A stretch of DNA of 64,000 bases from Longimicrobiales bacterium (GTDB lineage: Bacteria > Gemmatimonadota > Gemmatimonadetes > Longimicrobiales > Gaopeijiaceae). Below are positions 1 through 9,523 of this stretch, one piece after another; within the stretch, counting starts at the first letter, position 1; the number at the start of each line of letters is the position of its first letter. Below the pieces are notes generated by a model. The model worked only from the letters and a program-made list of their open reading frames with translations. It was not told the DNA's origin and ran no database searches. Where the stretch lies: the NCBI GenBank assembly GCA_046704285.1, contig JBJKSF010000076.1, positions 6,666 through 70,665 of the forward strand. The letters are read 5' to 3'. A program made the translations under genes and the position numbers.

Positions 1-91
1 TGTTCACCCGCACCACCTTCCCGGGAGCCGGACGTGGCGGCGAAACGCCGCACGGGTCCCGCATCCACATCGAGCCCGAAAAGAACTCACC

Positions 92-1138
92 ATGCTTGTC
101 GTGATGAAGCACAACGCCTCGGAGGAGCAGATCCAGGGCGTCATCGAGACCATCCAGGCCCTCGGATACGAGGCCCGTCCCATTCCAGGGATCCAGCGGA
201 CCGCGGTCGGTCTCATCGGAAACGACGGTCGCGTGGACTCCGCGCGCCTGGAGGGCCTCGACGGCGTGCTCGAGGTCATTCCGGTCACCCACCCCTACAA
301 GCAGGTGTCGCGAGAGTGGCGGGAGGACGATACGGTGGTCGATCTGCCCAACGGCACGCGCGTCGGAGGGCGCGACATCGCGGTCATGGCCGGGCCGTGC
401 GCCGTGGAGTCCGAGGCGCAGATCATCGGGATCGCGCACCGCCTGCGCGAGCTCGGGGCGACCGTGCTGCGCGGTGGGGCCTTCAAGCCGCGCACGTCGC
501 CCTACGCGTTCCAGGGGCTCGGGGTGGAGGGCCTCAAGCTCCTGGCGAAGGCACGCGAGGAGACCGGGATGGCGATCGTCACGGAGGCGCTCGACCCGGA
601 GGGGGTGGAGCTCGTCGCCGACCATGCGGACGTCGTCCAGATCGGCGCCCGCAACATGCAGAACTACCCCCTTCTGCGGCGTGCCGGAAAGGTGGGCAAG
701 CCGGTTCTGCTGAAGCGGGGCATGGCGGCCACGCTGGACGAGCTCCTGCTGGCGGCCGAATACATACTCGCCGAAGGCAACCCCGACATCATCCTGTGCG
801 AGCGAGGGGTGCGCAGCTTCGACACGCACACGCGCAACCTGCTCGACCTGTCGGCGATTCCGGTCGTGAAGTCACTGTCCCATCTGCCGATCATCGCCGA
901 CCCGAGCCACGGCACGGGCGTCCGCTCCAAGGTGATCCCGATGGCCCGTGCGGCCGTCGCGGCGGGTGCGGACGGCCTCATCGTCGAGGTCCACCCGGAC
1001 CCGCAACGAGCCCTCTCGGACGGCGCGCAGTCGCTCTACCCCGAGCAGTTCGCGGAGATGATGGACCAGATCGCGGCGATCGCCCGCGCGATCGGGCGCG
1101 ACCTGGTGGCACCGCTTGCTGCGAACGTCTCTCGCTGA
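92..1138 (+). CDS. aroF: 3-deoxy-7-phosphoheptulonate (DAHP) synthase, type I-beta, with N-terminal ferredoxin-like regulatory domain
   Basis: 348-aa ORF with family motifs GPCAVES, LRGGAFKPRTSPYAFQG, KRG and ADPSHG. It carries a ~70-aa N-terminal extension like Thermotoga-type enzymes. Confidence 0.9.
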   Translation: MLVVMKHNASEEQIQGVIETIQALGYEARPIPGIQRTAVGLIGNDGRVDSARLEGLDGVLEVIPVTHPYKQVSREWREDDTVVDLPNGTRVGGRDIAVMAGPCAVESEAQIIGIAHRLRELGATVLRGGAFKPRTSPYAFQGLGVEGLKLLAKAREETGMAIVTEALDPEGVELVADHADVVQIGARNMQNYPLLRRAGKVGKPVLLKRGMAATLDELLLAAEYILAEGNPDIILCERGVRSFDTHTRNLLDLSAIPVVKSLSHLPIIADPSHGTGVRSKVIPMARAAVAAGADGLIVEVHPDPQRALSDGAQSLYPEQFAEMMDQIAAIARAIGRDLVAPLAANVSR

Positions 1139-1275
1139 TCGGGCACGGGGTCGCACCCGAGGGCCTCGCCCCCCCTCTTGAAGACGGTCCGTTGAGCTGA
1201 CTCGGGCCGTGCGGCCCCGTGTCGCCGCCCGTCGCGCCATTCCCGCGTCCCGGGCGGCCCGCCATCGTGCGTCTC

Positions 1276-1665
1276 ATGAGCTCGGCGGAGGTGAACCCGG
1301 CCCACGCGCTCGGACGCTGGGGAGAGGAGCAGGCGGCGCGCTACCTCGTGCGACGGGGCTGGCGAGTGCTCGCGCGCAACTTCCGGTTCGGGCGCCGGGA
1401 GGTGGACCTCGTGGTCCGGAAGGGAAACGTCGTCGCCTTCGTGGAAGTGAAGACCCGGGCGGGCTCGGGGTTCGGCGCCCCCCAGGAGGCCATCACGAGC
1501 TTCAAGCGGCAGGAGATCGAGACCGTGGCCATGCACTTTCTGCGCTATCACGGCTTCGGGAACGTGGACGTGCGCTTCGACGCGATCGGCATCGTGCTGA
1601 ACCGAGAGACGCGGGTCCTGCGGGTCGAGCACGTTCCCGACGCGTGGCGTCCGGGCTGGACCTGA
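1276..1665 (+). CDS. YraN family (UPF0102) endonuclease-like protein
   Basis: Motifs GEEQAARYL..GW, EVDLVV and VAFVEVKTR are typical of the YraN/PD-(D/E)xK fold. The ATG at 1276 is preferred over the GTG at 1219 given in the ORF track. Confidence 0.8.
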   Translation: MSSAEVNPAHALGRWGEEQAARYLVRRGWRVLARNFRFGRREVDLVVRKGNVVAFVEVKTRAGSGFGAPQEAITSFKRQEIETVAMHFLRYHGFGNVDVRFDAIGIVLNRETRVLRVEHVPDAWRPGWT

Positions 1666-1720
1666 TCGCTACCGCGGCCGTCGCTTCGGCGTGCTCCTCG
1701 TGCGCGCGTGCGGGCTCGTG

Positions 1721-1749
1721 TTGACCTCCCCCGAAGGGCCCCGTAGCTT
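1721..1749 (+). promoter_or_regulatory. Candidate sigma-70 promoter for the SRP RNA gene
   Basis: TTGACC (1721-1726), a 17-nt spacer, then TAGCTT (1744-1749), placed a few nt upstream of the predicted 5' end of the SRP RNA terminal helix. Confidence 0.45.
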
Positions 1750-1750
1750 C

Positions 1751-1858
1751 GGTGGGGTGCCCCAGGTCCGCAGGTCGAAAGCCCGCGAACTCCGTCAGGA
1801 CCCCGCAGGTAGCAGCGGTAAGTGTGGTGATCGCCGCTGCGGGTAGCCTGGGGCATCT
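1751..1858 (+). ncRNA. ffs: Signal recognition particle RNA (small bacterial 4.5S type)
   Basis: The domain IV core GUCAGGACC..GGUAGCAGC matches E. coli GUCAGGUCCGGAAGGAAGCAGC. A terminal helix forms between GGUGCCCCAGG (about 1756) and CCUGGGGCAUC (about 1847-1857), and an inner helix between CCGCAG and CUGCGG. Its position immediately upstream of dnaX is a classical conserved location. Confidence 0.75.
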
Positions 1859-1869
1859 CCTCTCTTTCC

Positions 1870-3603
1870 GTGCACCGCAGGTCACGCACACCGCTCTTGT
1901 CCCACACGGCTCTCGCCCGCAAGTACCGCCCTCGCACCTTCGCCGAGGTGGCCACGCAGGAGCACGTCTCCGAGACGCTGCGCCGGGCGGTCGCCGGGGG
2001 GCGTGCCGGCCACGCCTACCTCTTCTGCGGCCCCCGCGGCGTGGGGAAGACGACCCTCGCGCGCGTGCTGGCGATGGCGCTGAACTGCGCTCGCCGGACA
2101 CCGGAAGGGGAGCCGTGCGGGGAGTGCGAGAGCTGCACGCGCATCTGGGGCGGGCAGACGGCTCTGGACGTCGTGGAGATCGACGCCGCATCGAACCGGG
2201 GAGTCGACGATGCACGCGACCTCAGGGAGCGCGCCATGTACGCTCCCTCCGAGGAAGGGCGGTACAAGGTGTACATCGTCGACGAGGCGCACATGCTCAC
2301 CCGGGAAGCGTGGAACGCCCTCCTGAAGATCCTGGAGGAGCCTCCCCCACGGGTGATCTTCGTCTTCGCCACCACCGAGCCGCAGAAGATCCAGCAGTCG
2401 GCGGCTCCGATCCTGTCGCGGTGCCAGCGTTTCGACTTCCGGCGCATCGGCGTGGGGGACATCGTCACGCGCCTGCGCCAGGTGCTGGACGCCGAACGCG
2501 GCGAGGCTTCCGACGATGCGCTGCGGCTGATCGCCCGCAAGGCGGACGGCGGAATGCGCGACGCCCTCTCGCTCCTCGATCAGGTGCTCGCCCTCACCGG
2601 GGGCGAGGTCGAGGCCGAATCCGTGCGTCGCGTGCTGGGCCTCGTGGAGGAGGAGCGCTACCTGGAGCTCCTCGACGTGATCCTGGAAGGCCGTCACGGG
2701 GACGTGTTCGACCTGGTGGAGCGTCTCGTGGACGAGGGGTACGACCTCGTCGAATTCCACAACGGCCTGCTGGACGCCCTCCGCACGATGCTGAGGATCC
2801 GGCTCTCGCCGGACGCTCCGCTGGACCTGCGCGAGGACCAGCGCCGGGAGTTCGCCGAGCGCGCTCAGCGGTTCGGCCCCGGAGACCTCGTCCGCATGCT
2901 GTCCACGGCGGCCGAGCTGGAGGAGAGCGGCGGGCTCCGCCGGACATCCCACCCTCGCGTGCTCATCGAGATGCTGCTGCTCCGCCTCAGCTACCTCGAC
3001 CGCACCGTGGACCTGGAGGAGCTGCTGCGCCGCCTGGGGGGATCTCCCGTGCCTCAGGGCGGCATCGGTGGAGGAGGGAGGGACGGGGGGGATGCAGTCC
3101 CTTCCGGCGTGGAGCGGCCGGCAGGCCGGTCCGCCGAGGGCTCTCCTCTCGTCCGTGGCTCCTCTGACTCCGGGGTGCCCTCCGGGAGTGGAGGTGAGCG
3201 CCGACGCGGGGCCCCGGACGGCCCGATCGTGCCAGCGGCGTCGCTCCAGGAGGCATGGGTCCGGTGGCTGGACGACGGTCGGCGCGTGCCCGGCGGCCTG
3301 AGCGCGCTCCTGCGCTCGACGTCGGTGAGGGCCGGGGACGGAGGCGAGGTGGAGATGACCCCTCCTCCCGGGCCCCTCGAGGAGCGCTTGCGCGAGCCGT
3401 CGGTGCTGGAGGCGGTGCGGGCGGGCCTCGCCCCGTACCTGGGCCGTGCGCCGCAGCTCGTCGTCGCGTCGCCGGCGGAGGCGCGGCACGGGCGCATCAC
3501 CGAAGAGGCAGTGCGCCAGGACACGCTGAAGACCCTCTACCGCAAGGAACCACGCCTGGAACGGGCGGTAGAAGAACTCGACCTTGAACTCTTGGATTCG
3601 TGA
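1870..3603 (+). CDS. dnaX: DNA polymerase III subunits gamma/tau
   Basis: ARKYRPRTF, Walker A GPRGVGKTT, zinc module CGECESC, Walker B VDEAHML and sensor LSRCQRF. The true start may be the TTG at 1897 (LSHTALARKYRP) rather than the GTG at 1870, which lies only ~12 nt after the SRP RNA. Confidence 0.93.
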   Translation: MHRRSRTPLLSHTALARKYRPRTFAEVATQEHVSETLRRAVAGGRAGHAYLFCGPRGVGKTTLARVLAMALNCARRTPEGEPCGECESCTRIWGGQTALDVVEIDAASNRGVDDARDLRERAMYAPSEEGRYKVYIVDEAHMLTREAWNALLKILEEPPPRVIFVFATTEPQKIQQSAAPILSRCQRFDFRRIGVGDIVTRLRQVLDAERGEASDDALRLIARKADGGMRDALSLLDQVLALTGGEVEAESVRRVLGLVEEERYLELLDVILEGRHGDVFDLVERLVDEGYDLVEFHNGLLDALRTMLRIRLSPDAPLDLREDQRREFAERAQRFGPGDLVRMLSTAAELEESGGLRRTSHPRVLIEMLLLRLSYLDRTVDLEELLRRLGGSPVPQGGIGGGGRDGGDAVPSGVERPAGRSAEGSPLVRGSSDSGVPSGSGGERRRGAPDGPIVPAASLQEAWVRWLDDGRRVPGGLSALLRSTSVRAGDGGEVEMTPPPGPLEERLREPSVLEAVRAGLAPYLGRAPQLVVASPAEARHGRITEEAVRQDTLKTLYRKEPRLERAVEELDLELLDS

Positions 3604-3679
3604 GACGGGTGTCGGCCGGACCTCGGAGTGTGGAGGCAGATCGGTCCGGCGCCCTTCGTGCTCTCGGGATCGGCGGCGA

Positions 3680-3997
3680 ATGAACAATCTCCAGCAACTC
3701 ATGCAGCTCGGGCAGCAGCTTCAGGCGAAGATGTCCAAGCTCCAGGAGACCCTGGATGGGCAGAAGATCACGGCGACGTCCGGCGGGGGAATGGTGAGGG
3801 CCACCGTGGACGGGAAGGGCTCGCTCCAGGAGGTGCGGATCGACCCGACCTGCGTGAACCCGTCGGACGTGGAGATGCTGGAAGATCTCGTCCTCGCGGC
3901 GGTGTCGGAGGCGCAATCCAAGGCTCGCGCGATCTACGAGGAGGAGATGCGCAAGGCCGCGGGAGGCCTGCCGATGGGTCTTCCGGGGCTCTTCTGA
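3680..3997 (+). CDS. YbaB/EbfC family nucleoid-associated protein
   Basis: MNNLQQLMQLGQQLQAKM..GGGMVRATVDGKG..IDP is typical of YbaB. The gene sits in the conserved dnaX-ybaB-recR order, and the internal ATG at 3680 was chosen. Confidence 0.9.
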   Translation: MNNLQQLMQLGQQLQAKMSKLQETLDGQKITATSGGGMVRATVDGKGSLQEVRIDPTCVNPSDVEMLEDLVLAAVSEAQSKARAIYEEEMRKAAGGLPMGLPGLF

Positions 3998-4022
3998 GCC
4001 TTCGATCGGAGCCACGCCCCGC

Positions 4023-4616
4023 GTGTCGGTGATCGAGCGGCTCACCGGCGAGCTCTCGCGTCTTCCGGGGATCGGCCCCAAGACCGCCCTGCGGCTGGCG
4101 CATCACCTGATGAAGGGCCCGAAGGACGACGTGCGACGGCTCGCGCGCACCCTCGAAGAGATGGCGGAGCGGATCCGGCCGTGCGCGCAGTGCGGAGCGT
4201 TCACGGAGCAGGAGGTGTGCGAGGTGTGCGCCGACCCGCGGCGGGACGGCTCGGCGGTTTGCGTCGTGGAGGAGGCCTACGAGGTCGGGGCCATCGAGCG
4301 CACGGGCAAGTACCGTGGGCTCTTCCACGTCCTCGGGGGACGGCTCTCGCCGCTGGACGGGATCGGGCCGGACGCGCTGAACGTGGCGAAGCTGCTGGAG
4401 AGGATCACGGCCTCCGAGGGTGGGATCCGTGAGGTCATCGTGGCGACCAGCGCGAGCGTGGAGGGTGAGGCCACGGCGGTGTACCTCGAGCAACGGATCC
4501 GCGCGATGGGGCCGAGGGTAACCCGCATTGCGCGGGGCATTCCGGTAGGGAGTGACCTGGAATACGTGGACGGGACGACCATCGCGGAAGCGTTGGCCGG
4601 ACGACGGGAGATGTGA
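4023..4616 (+). CDS. recR: Recombination protein RecR
   Basis: HhH motif LPGIGPKTALRLA, C4 zinc finger CAQCGAFTEQEVCEVC, and a Toprim region VCVVEE..GEAT. GTG start. Confidence 0.95.
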   Translation: MSVIERLTGELSRLPGIGPKTALRLAHHLMKGPKDDVRRLARTLEEMAERIRPCAQCGAFTEQEVCEVCADPRRDGSAVCVVEEAYEVGAIERTGKYRGLFHVLGGRLSPLDGIGPDALNVAKLLERITASEGGIREVIVATSASVEGEATAVYLEQRIRAMGPRVTRIARGIPVGSDLEYVDGTTIAEALAGRREM

Positions 4617-4622
4617 GCGACG

Positions 4623-4937
4623 ATGAGCAAGAAGCTGCGCGCGGCGGCGATCACGGTGCTGGCGGCGGCCGCCGCGGGCGCGGTCGCAGCATTGGTGATC
4701 CGCGACCAGGTCACGCGGCATCGTCGGGACCTGTTCAGCCCCCACCCGCTCCGGCGCCTCGCCGCGCTCACGCACATGAACCGGGAGCCGGCTTCCGTGG
4801 ACGCCATCCGCCTCTTGAGGGACTTCATCGCCTGGGAGCCGCGCACCCTGCTCCGCAGGAGGGCCGGGGCGATCGTGGAGCGCATGGAGGACGAAGCGGC
4901 GCGACTCGGACTCCAGCCGGGATCGGGCGTGGCGTGA
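4623..4937 (+). CDS. Hypothetical membrane-anchored protein
   Basis: 104 aa with one N-terminal hydrophobic helix ([20 protein letters not shown]). Codon third-position G/C bias is coding-like. No recognisable domain. Confidence 0.55.
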   Translation: MSKKLRAAAITVLAAAAAGAVAALVIRDQVTRHRRDLFSPHPLRRLAALTHMNREPASVDAIRLLRDFIAWEPRTLLRRRAGAIVERMEDEAARLGLQPGSGVA

Positions 4938-5052
4938 GCCGGGCGCTCCCGGCGCGGTTCCCTTGCCGGGCGGCCCGCCCTGCCCGAGTTTATGGGCCGT
5001 TCGTTGGGATGAGGGTCCTCGCACTCGTACGAGGGGAGGTCAGAGTCGACCT

Positions 5053-5631
5053 ATGTCGATGATCAACTACGCCTCCCGTGAGATCAACTGCAAGATCGTC
5101 TACTACGGGACCGGTCTGGGGGGCAAGACGACCAACCTCGAGTACATCTACTCGCGGGTGAACCCGGAGACGAAAGGCAAGATGATCTCCCTGTCCACGG
5201 AGACGGAGCGCACGCTCTTCTTCGATTTCCTCCCCATCGATCTCGGGGAGATCCGGGGCTTCAAGACGCGGTTTCACCTGTACACGGTTCCCGGCCAGGT
5301 CTACTACAACGCCAGCCGCCGTCTCATCCTCAAGGGTGTCGACGGGATCGTCTTCGTGGCCGACTCGCAGCGGGCGCGGGCCGAGGCCAACATCGAGGCG
5401 ATGCACAACCTGTACGAGAACCTGGAGAGCTACGGGTACGATCCCGCCCAGATCCCGTTCTCCATCCAGTACAACAAGCGGGACATGACCGACGTCCTGC
5501 CCGTGGAGGAGTTGCGCGCCCAGGTCAACCCCATGGGCGTTCCGGACTTCGAGAGCGTGGCCATCGAGGGGAAGGGCGTCTTCGAGACCCTCTCCTGCGT
5601 GAGCAAGATGGTCGTGAAAGCGCTCAGTTGA
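5053..5631 (+). CDS. mglA: MglA-type Ras-like small GTPase (gliding-motility/polarity GTPase family)
   Basis: [18 protein letters not shown] (P-loop), [15 protein letters not shown] (switch II with Gln), NKRD (G4) and [12 protein letters not shown] at 5053 is preceded by the SD-like GAGGGGAGG. Confidence 0.88.
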   Translation: MSMINYASREINCKIVYYGTGLGGKTTNLEYIYSRVNPETKGKMISLSTETERTLFFDFLPIDLGEIRGFKTRFHLYTVPGQVYYNASRRLILKGVDGIVFVADSQRARAEANIEAMHNLYENLESYGYDPAQIPFSIQYNKRDMTDVLPVEELRAQVNPMGVPDFESVAIEGKGVFETLSCVSKMVVKALS

Positions 5632-5650
5632 TGGACTCCAGGAGACGGTC

Positions 5651-6313
5651 GTGCGGGGGAGCCGGCTGACCCTCCCGAATGCGATCACGGTCGCGCGGAT
5701 CCTGGTGTGCCCCGCCATCTTCCTCATGGCGATGGCCCCGGATGCGGGTGTGCGCCTGGGCGCCTTCGCGCTGTTCGTTGTGGCCGGCCTGTCCGACGTC
5801 TGGGACGGCCGTCTCGCGCGTAGCCAGGGGTCGGTCAGCGACCTGGGCAAGCTCCTGGACCCCATCGCAGACAAGCTTCTGCTGGCGGCCACGTTCATTC
5901 CCTTCTATCTGATCTCGCACCGGGGCACGGCGGCCGGACTCATCCCGTGGTGGGGTGAGCTCCCGATGTGGGTGATGGTCGTCGTCTTCGGTCGGGAGAT
6001 CCTGGTGACGGCGTTCCGCAGCTATGCCGTGGGGCGAGGAGTGGTCATCGCCGCCGGGAGGTCGGGCAAGCTCAAGGCGCTTTTCCAGTCGCTCTTCTCG
6101 GGTGGCCTGCTGCTGTGGTATCCGGTGCGCATGACGATCGTCGCGCACGGCTGGACGGCCACCTCCTTCTGGGGGTTCTGGCGGCAGTTCCACGGCGCCT
6201 GGGTGGGCGTGACGCTGGCGATCGCGCTGACGCTCAGCCTGTACTCGATGGGAGAGTACCTGTGGCTGTACCGTGGCCTGCTGGGCGTCGGAGCGCGGAG
6301 GGGGACGTCGTGA
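5651..6313 (+). CDS. pgsA: CDP-diacylglycerol--glycerol-3-phosphate 3-phosphatidyltransferase (CDP-alcohol phosphatidyltransferase family)
   Basis: PNAITVARI plus the signature DVWDGRLAR..G..LDPIADK, with multiple TM segments. GTG start. Confidence 0.85.
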   Translation: MRGSRLTLPNAITVARILVCPAIFLMAMAPDAGVRLGAFALFVVAGLSDVWDGRLARSQGSVSDLGKLLDPIADKLLLAATFIPFYLISHRGTAAGLIPWWGELPMWVMVVVFGREILVTAFRSYAVGRGVVIAAGRSGKLKALFQSLFSGGLLLWYPVRMTIVAHGWTATSFWGFWRQFHGAWVGVTLAIALTLSLYSMGEYLWLYRGLLGVGARRGTS

Positions 6314-7599
6314 GCGCCCAGGGCGCCGCGAGCGGGTCGCGCGCGCCCCGAGCGGTCATCGTGACGGTCGGCGACGAGCTCCTTCTCGGCCAGACCGTGG
6401 ACACGAACGCGGCCTGGCTCGGCAGGGAGCTGGCGCGCCGCGGGGTCCCCGTCGCTCGGCACACGACGGTCGCCGACGTGGACGAGGAGATCCGCCGCGC
6501 CGTGGCCGAGGCGGTGGAAGCGGCCGAGCTGGTGATCGTCTCGGGCGGGCTGGGACCCACCCCGGACGACCTGACCCGCGACTCGGTCGCCGCGCTCCTC
6601 GGCCGTGCGCTGCGTGTGGACGAGGGGCTCCTGGCCGCGCTCGAAACGCGCTTCAGGGAGCGGGGCTACCCGACGATGCCCGGACTGAACGTCAGCCAGG
6701 CTACGGTTCCGGAGGGAGCCCGGGTGCTCCCCAACCCGCACGGGACCGCGCCGGGGCTGGCCATGGAGTCCGGCCGCTCCCTGGTCGTGCTGCTGCCCGG
6801 CGTTCCGCGGGAGCTCCGGGGCATCTTCGAGGGAGGGGTGACGTCCCTGCTGGAAGAGCGCTTCGGCGACCGCCTCGTGCCGGTGCGGCTGCACTACATC
6901 CACACGACGGGAATCCCGGAGTCCCGACTTGCCGAGGTGGTGGCGGAGCGCCTGCGCGGAGAGGATCGGGGGCCCGTGGGCCTCGCGTTCCTCCCGGACC
7001 TGCACGGCGTGGACCTGCGCTTCACCGCGAGCGACGTGAGCGCCGAGGAGGCGGAGGGCTGGTTCGCCCGGATCGAGCGGGTGCTGGGCCCGGCAGTGGC
7101 GCCGTGGCGCTTCGACGCCCCCGAGGAGGGAGACCTGGTGGAGGCCGTGACCGGGGCGCTCAAAGCGCGGGGCCTCACCCTTGCGGTGGCGGAGAGCTGC
7201 ACAGGCGGACTCATCGCGAAGCGGCTCACCGATCGCGCGGGTGCCTCGGACGTCTTCCGCGGTGGGGTGGTCGCGTACGCCGACGAGGTGAAGACGCGGC
7301 ACCTGGGCGTGGGAGCCGAGACCCTCGCCGAGCACGGAGCCGTGTCCGAGCCGGTCGCGCTCCGGATGGCTCTCGGAGTGGCGGAGCGTTTCGGAGCGGA
7401 CGCGGGCGTGGGTGTCACGGGGGTGGCGGGCCCGGGAGGAGGAACGGAGCGGAAGCCCGTCGGGACCGTGTGGTACGCCGCTGCCGTGCACGGCGAGGCC
7501 GAGGCGCGCATGACGCGCTTTCCGGGCGATCGGGAGGCGGTGCGCGAGCGCTCGGCGCAGGCGGCGCTGGCGCTGCTGTTGAAGCGCCTCGGCGGGTAG
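6310..7599 (+). CDS. cinA: CinA family protein (MoCF-binding domain plus nicotinamide-nucleotide amidase PncC domain)
   Basis: N-terminus AVIVTVGDELLLGQTVDTNAAWL and C-terminal LAVAESCTGGLIA..GGVVAY. The GTG at 6310 overlaps the pgsA stop (GTGA). Confidence 0.88.
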   Translation: MSAQGAASGSRAPRAVIVTVGDELLLGQTVDTNAAWLGRELARRGVPVARHTTVADVDEEIRRAVAEAVEAAELVIVSGGLGPTPDDLTRDSVAALLGRALRVDEGLLAALETRFRERGYPTMPGLNVSQATVPEGARVLPNPHGTAPGLAMESGRSLVVLLPGVPRELRGIFEGGVTSLLEERFGDRLVPVRLHYIHTTGIPESRLAEVVAERLRGEDRGPVGLAFLPDLHGVDLRFTASDVSAEEAEGWFARIERVLGPAVAPWRFDAPEEGDLVEAVTGALKARGLTLAVAESCTGGLIAKRLTDRAGASDVFRGGVVAYADEVKTRHLGVGAETLAEHGAVSEPVALRMALGVAERFGADAGVGVTGVAGPGGGTERKPVGTVWYAAAVHGEAEARMTRFPGDREAVRERSAQAALALLLKRLGG

Positions 7600-7676
7600 C
7601 TCGGCCGGCAGGGGCTGAACCGCGGCCGCTCGGCGTTGTATGTTCAACGGCCGACGGAGCCGAGACACAGAGGACC

Positions 7677-8351
7677 ATGACCGAATCGGACGCGATGACC
7701 GACGAGATCGAGGATCAGGGCGACGACGCCACGCTTCCCGCGGACGAGGCCTCCCCGGTCGGAGGCCCGGAAGCGCCGGCGGGCGCGGAGGACGAGGACG
7801 AGGCGGACGAGCGCGAGCCCGAGCCGGGCGAGCCGGGCCCGTGGAGCCCGGACGAGTCCGTGTCGACCGAGGGTGAGGCGGTCGCCTCCCCCGAACAGGA
7901 TCTCACGCTCCTCCGCGGCGAGCTCGATGCCCTGAACGAGCGCCACCTCCGCCTGGCCGCCGAGTTCATGAACTACCGGCGCAGGGTCGAGCAGGAGCGG
8001 AACGAGAGCTGGAGCCGGGCGCAGGCGGACCTCGTGGGGCGGCTCCTGGAGGTCGTGGACGACCTCCAACGCGTGGCCGGCCTCGATCTGTCCAACGCGA
8101 CGGCGGAAGCGATCATGGAAGGGGTCGACCTGGTGGAGCGCAAGTTCGCACGCGCCCTCGAGGACGCGGGCGTCGAAGTGATCGACCCCGAGGGCGAGCT
8201 CTTCGATCCCGAGACGATGGAGGCGGTGATGCGCGTGAGCGCCGACTCGGAGGAGGAGGACGACTCGGTGGCTCAGGTGTTCCAGAAGGGATACGCCTTC
8301 AAGGGCCGGCTCGTCAGGCCCGCGAGGGTGAGCGTCCGCAAGAGCGACTGA
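7677..8351 (+). CDS. grpE: Nucleotide exchange factor GrpE
   Basis: An acidic N-terminus followed by [23 protein letters not shown] and [14 protein letters not shown]. Confidence 0.92.
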   Translation: MTESDAMTDEIEDQGDDATLPADEASPVGGPEAPAGAEDEDEADEREPEPGEPGPWSPDESVSTEGEAVASPEQDLTLLRGELDALNERHLRLAAEFMNYRRRVEQERNESWSRAQADLVGRLLEVVDDLQRVAGLDLSNATAEAIMEGVDLVERKFARALEDAGVEVIDPEGELFDPETMEAVMRVSADSEEEDDSVAQVFQKGYAFKGRLVRPARVSVRKSD

Positions 8352-8358
8352 CCGTCTC

Positions 8359-9492
8359 ATGGCCGGCGGGAGCAAGGACTACTACGACGTGCTGGGCGTC
8401 GGAGAGAAGGCATCTGCGGAGGAGATCAAGAAGGCCTACCGCAAGCTCGCCAAGCAGTACCATCCGGACGCCAACCCGAACGATCCGCACGCGGCCGACC
8501 GGTTCAAGGAGATAGGGGAGGCGTACTCGGTCCTCTCCGACGCGGACAAGCGCAAGCAGTACGACAACATGCGCAGGCTGGGCGCCTTCGGATTCGGGCG
8601 GGGGGCGCCGCGAGGCCAGCGGCCGGGCACGGGAGGGTTCGAGTCGCAGCCGGGGTTCTCGTTCGAGGACCTGCAGGGGGGCTTCGGGAGCATCTCCGAC
8701 CTGTTCAGCTCGCTTTTCGACCTGGGCCGGAAGGGGGAGGCGCACGGCGGTCCTTCCCGGCGAGGTCCGGAGCGGGGGCAGAACGTCGAGTACCTCGTGG
8801 AGGTCCCGTTCCTCACGGCCGTACGCGGGGGACGGATCGCCGTGGACGTCTCCATCACCGAGGAATGTGCCACCTGCCACGGGAGCGGAGCCAAGCCGGG
8901 CACGGATCTCAAGCGGTGCACCGAGTGCGGGGGAAGCGGGCACGTCTCCTTCGGCCAGGGCGGGTTCGCGGTGAAGCGGCCGTGCCCGGCCTGCTTCGGG
9001 CGCGGGAAGCTGCCCGTGACGCCCTGCCCGTCGTGCCAGGGGAGGGGTACCGTGCGCCAGGTCCGCAAGATCCAGATCGCCGTGCCCGTGGGCGTCGACT
9101 CGGGCTCCAAGGTCCGCCTGTCGGGACAGGGAGAGCGGGGTAGCGGGGGCGGGACGCCGGGAGACCTGGTCATCACGTTCAAGGTGCAGCCCCATCGGTT
9201 CTTCCGGCGCGAGGGGCTCGACGTCCACGTGACGGTGCCGATCAACATCGTCCAGGCCACGCTCGGCTCGAAGATCCGCGTGCGCACGGTCTCGGGGAAG
9301 AAGGTGGTGCTCACGATCCCCGCCGGCACCCAGTCGGGCACGAGGTTCCGCATGCGCGGCCAGGGCATCGAGAAGGGGGACCGCGTCGGGGACGAGTACG
9401 TGGAGGTGAGAGTGGAGGTCCCCGACAAGCTCTCCGACGAGGAGCGGAGGAGGATGGAGGAGTTCGCCTCGAGCGCCGGCCTGAAGCACTAG
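8359..9492 (+). CDS. dnaJ: Molecular chaperone DnaJ
   Basis: J-domain [19 protein letters not shown], a G/F region, and four CxxCxGxG zinc repeats ([32 protein letters not shown]). Confidence 0.93.
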   Translation: MAGGSKDYYDVLGVGEKASAEEIKKAYRKLAKQYHPDANPNDPHAADRFKEIGEAYSVLSDADKRKQYDNMRRLGAFGFGRGAPRGQRPGTGGFESQPGFSFEDLQGGFGSISDLFSSLFDLGRKGEAHGGPSRRGPERGQNVEYLVEVPFLTAVRGGRIAVDVSITEECATCHGSGAKPGTDLKRCTECGGSGHVSFGQGGFAVKRPCPACFGRGKLPVTPCPSCQGRGTVRQVRKIQIAVPVGVDSGSKVRLSGQGERGSGGGTPGDLVITFKVQPHRFFRREGLDVHVTVPINIVQATLGSKIRVRTVSGKKVVLTIPAGTQSGTRFRMRGQGIEKGDRVGDEYVEVRVEVPDKLSDEERRRMEEFASSAGLKH

Positions 9493-9523
9493 GCGGACGC
9501 GCTCCGGCGGAGCCCCGCGCACC

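Noticed and set aside
1107-1119. Sigma-54-like promoter element TGGCACCGCTTGC
   Set aside because: The spacing between the GG and GC elements is 2 nt too short for the TGGCAC-N5-TTGC consensus, and the site lies inside the aroF coding region.
1870-3603. Programmed ribosomal frameshift or slippery site for gamma-subunit production in dnaX
   Set aside because: I saw no A-rich heptamer (A AAA AAG-like) or long A-run in the gene. This cannot be excluded without experimental data.
1882-3702. 606-aa minus-strand ORF opposite dnaX, plus several other frames in 1500-3600
   Set aside because: The plus-strand frame carries unmistakable DnaX motifs. The antisense translation is low-complexity and Arg/Pro-rich.
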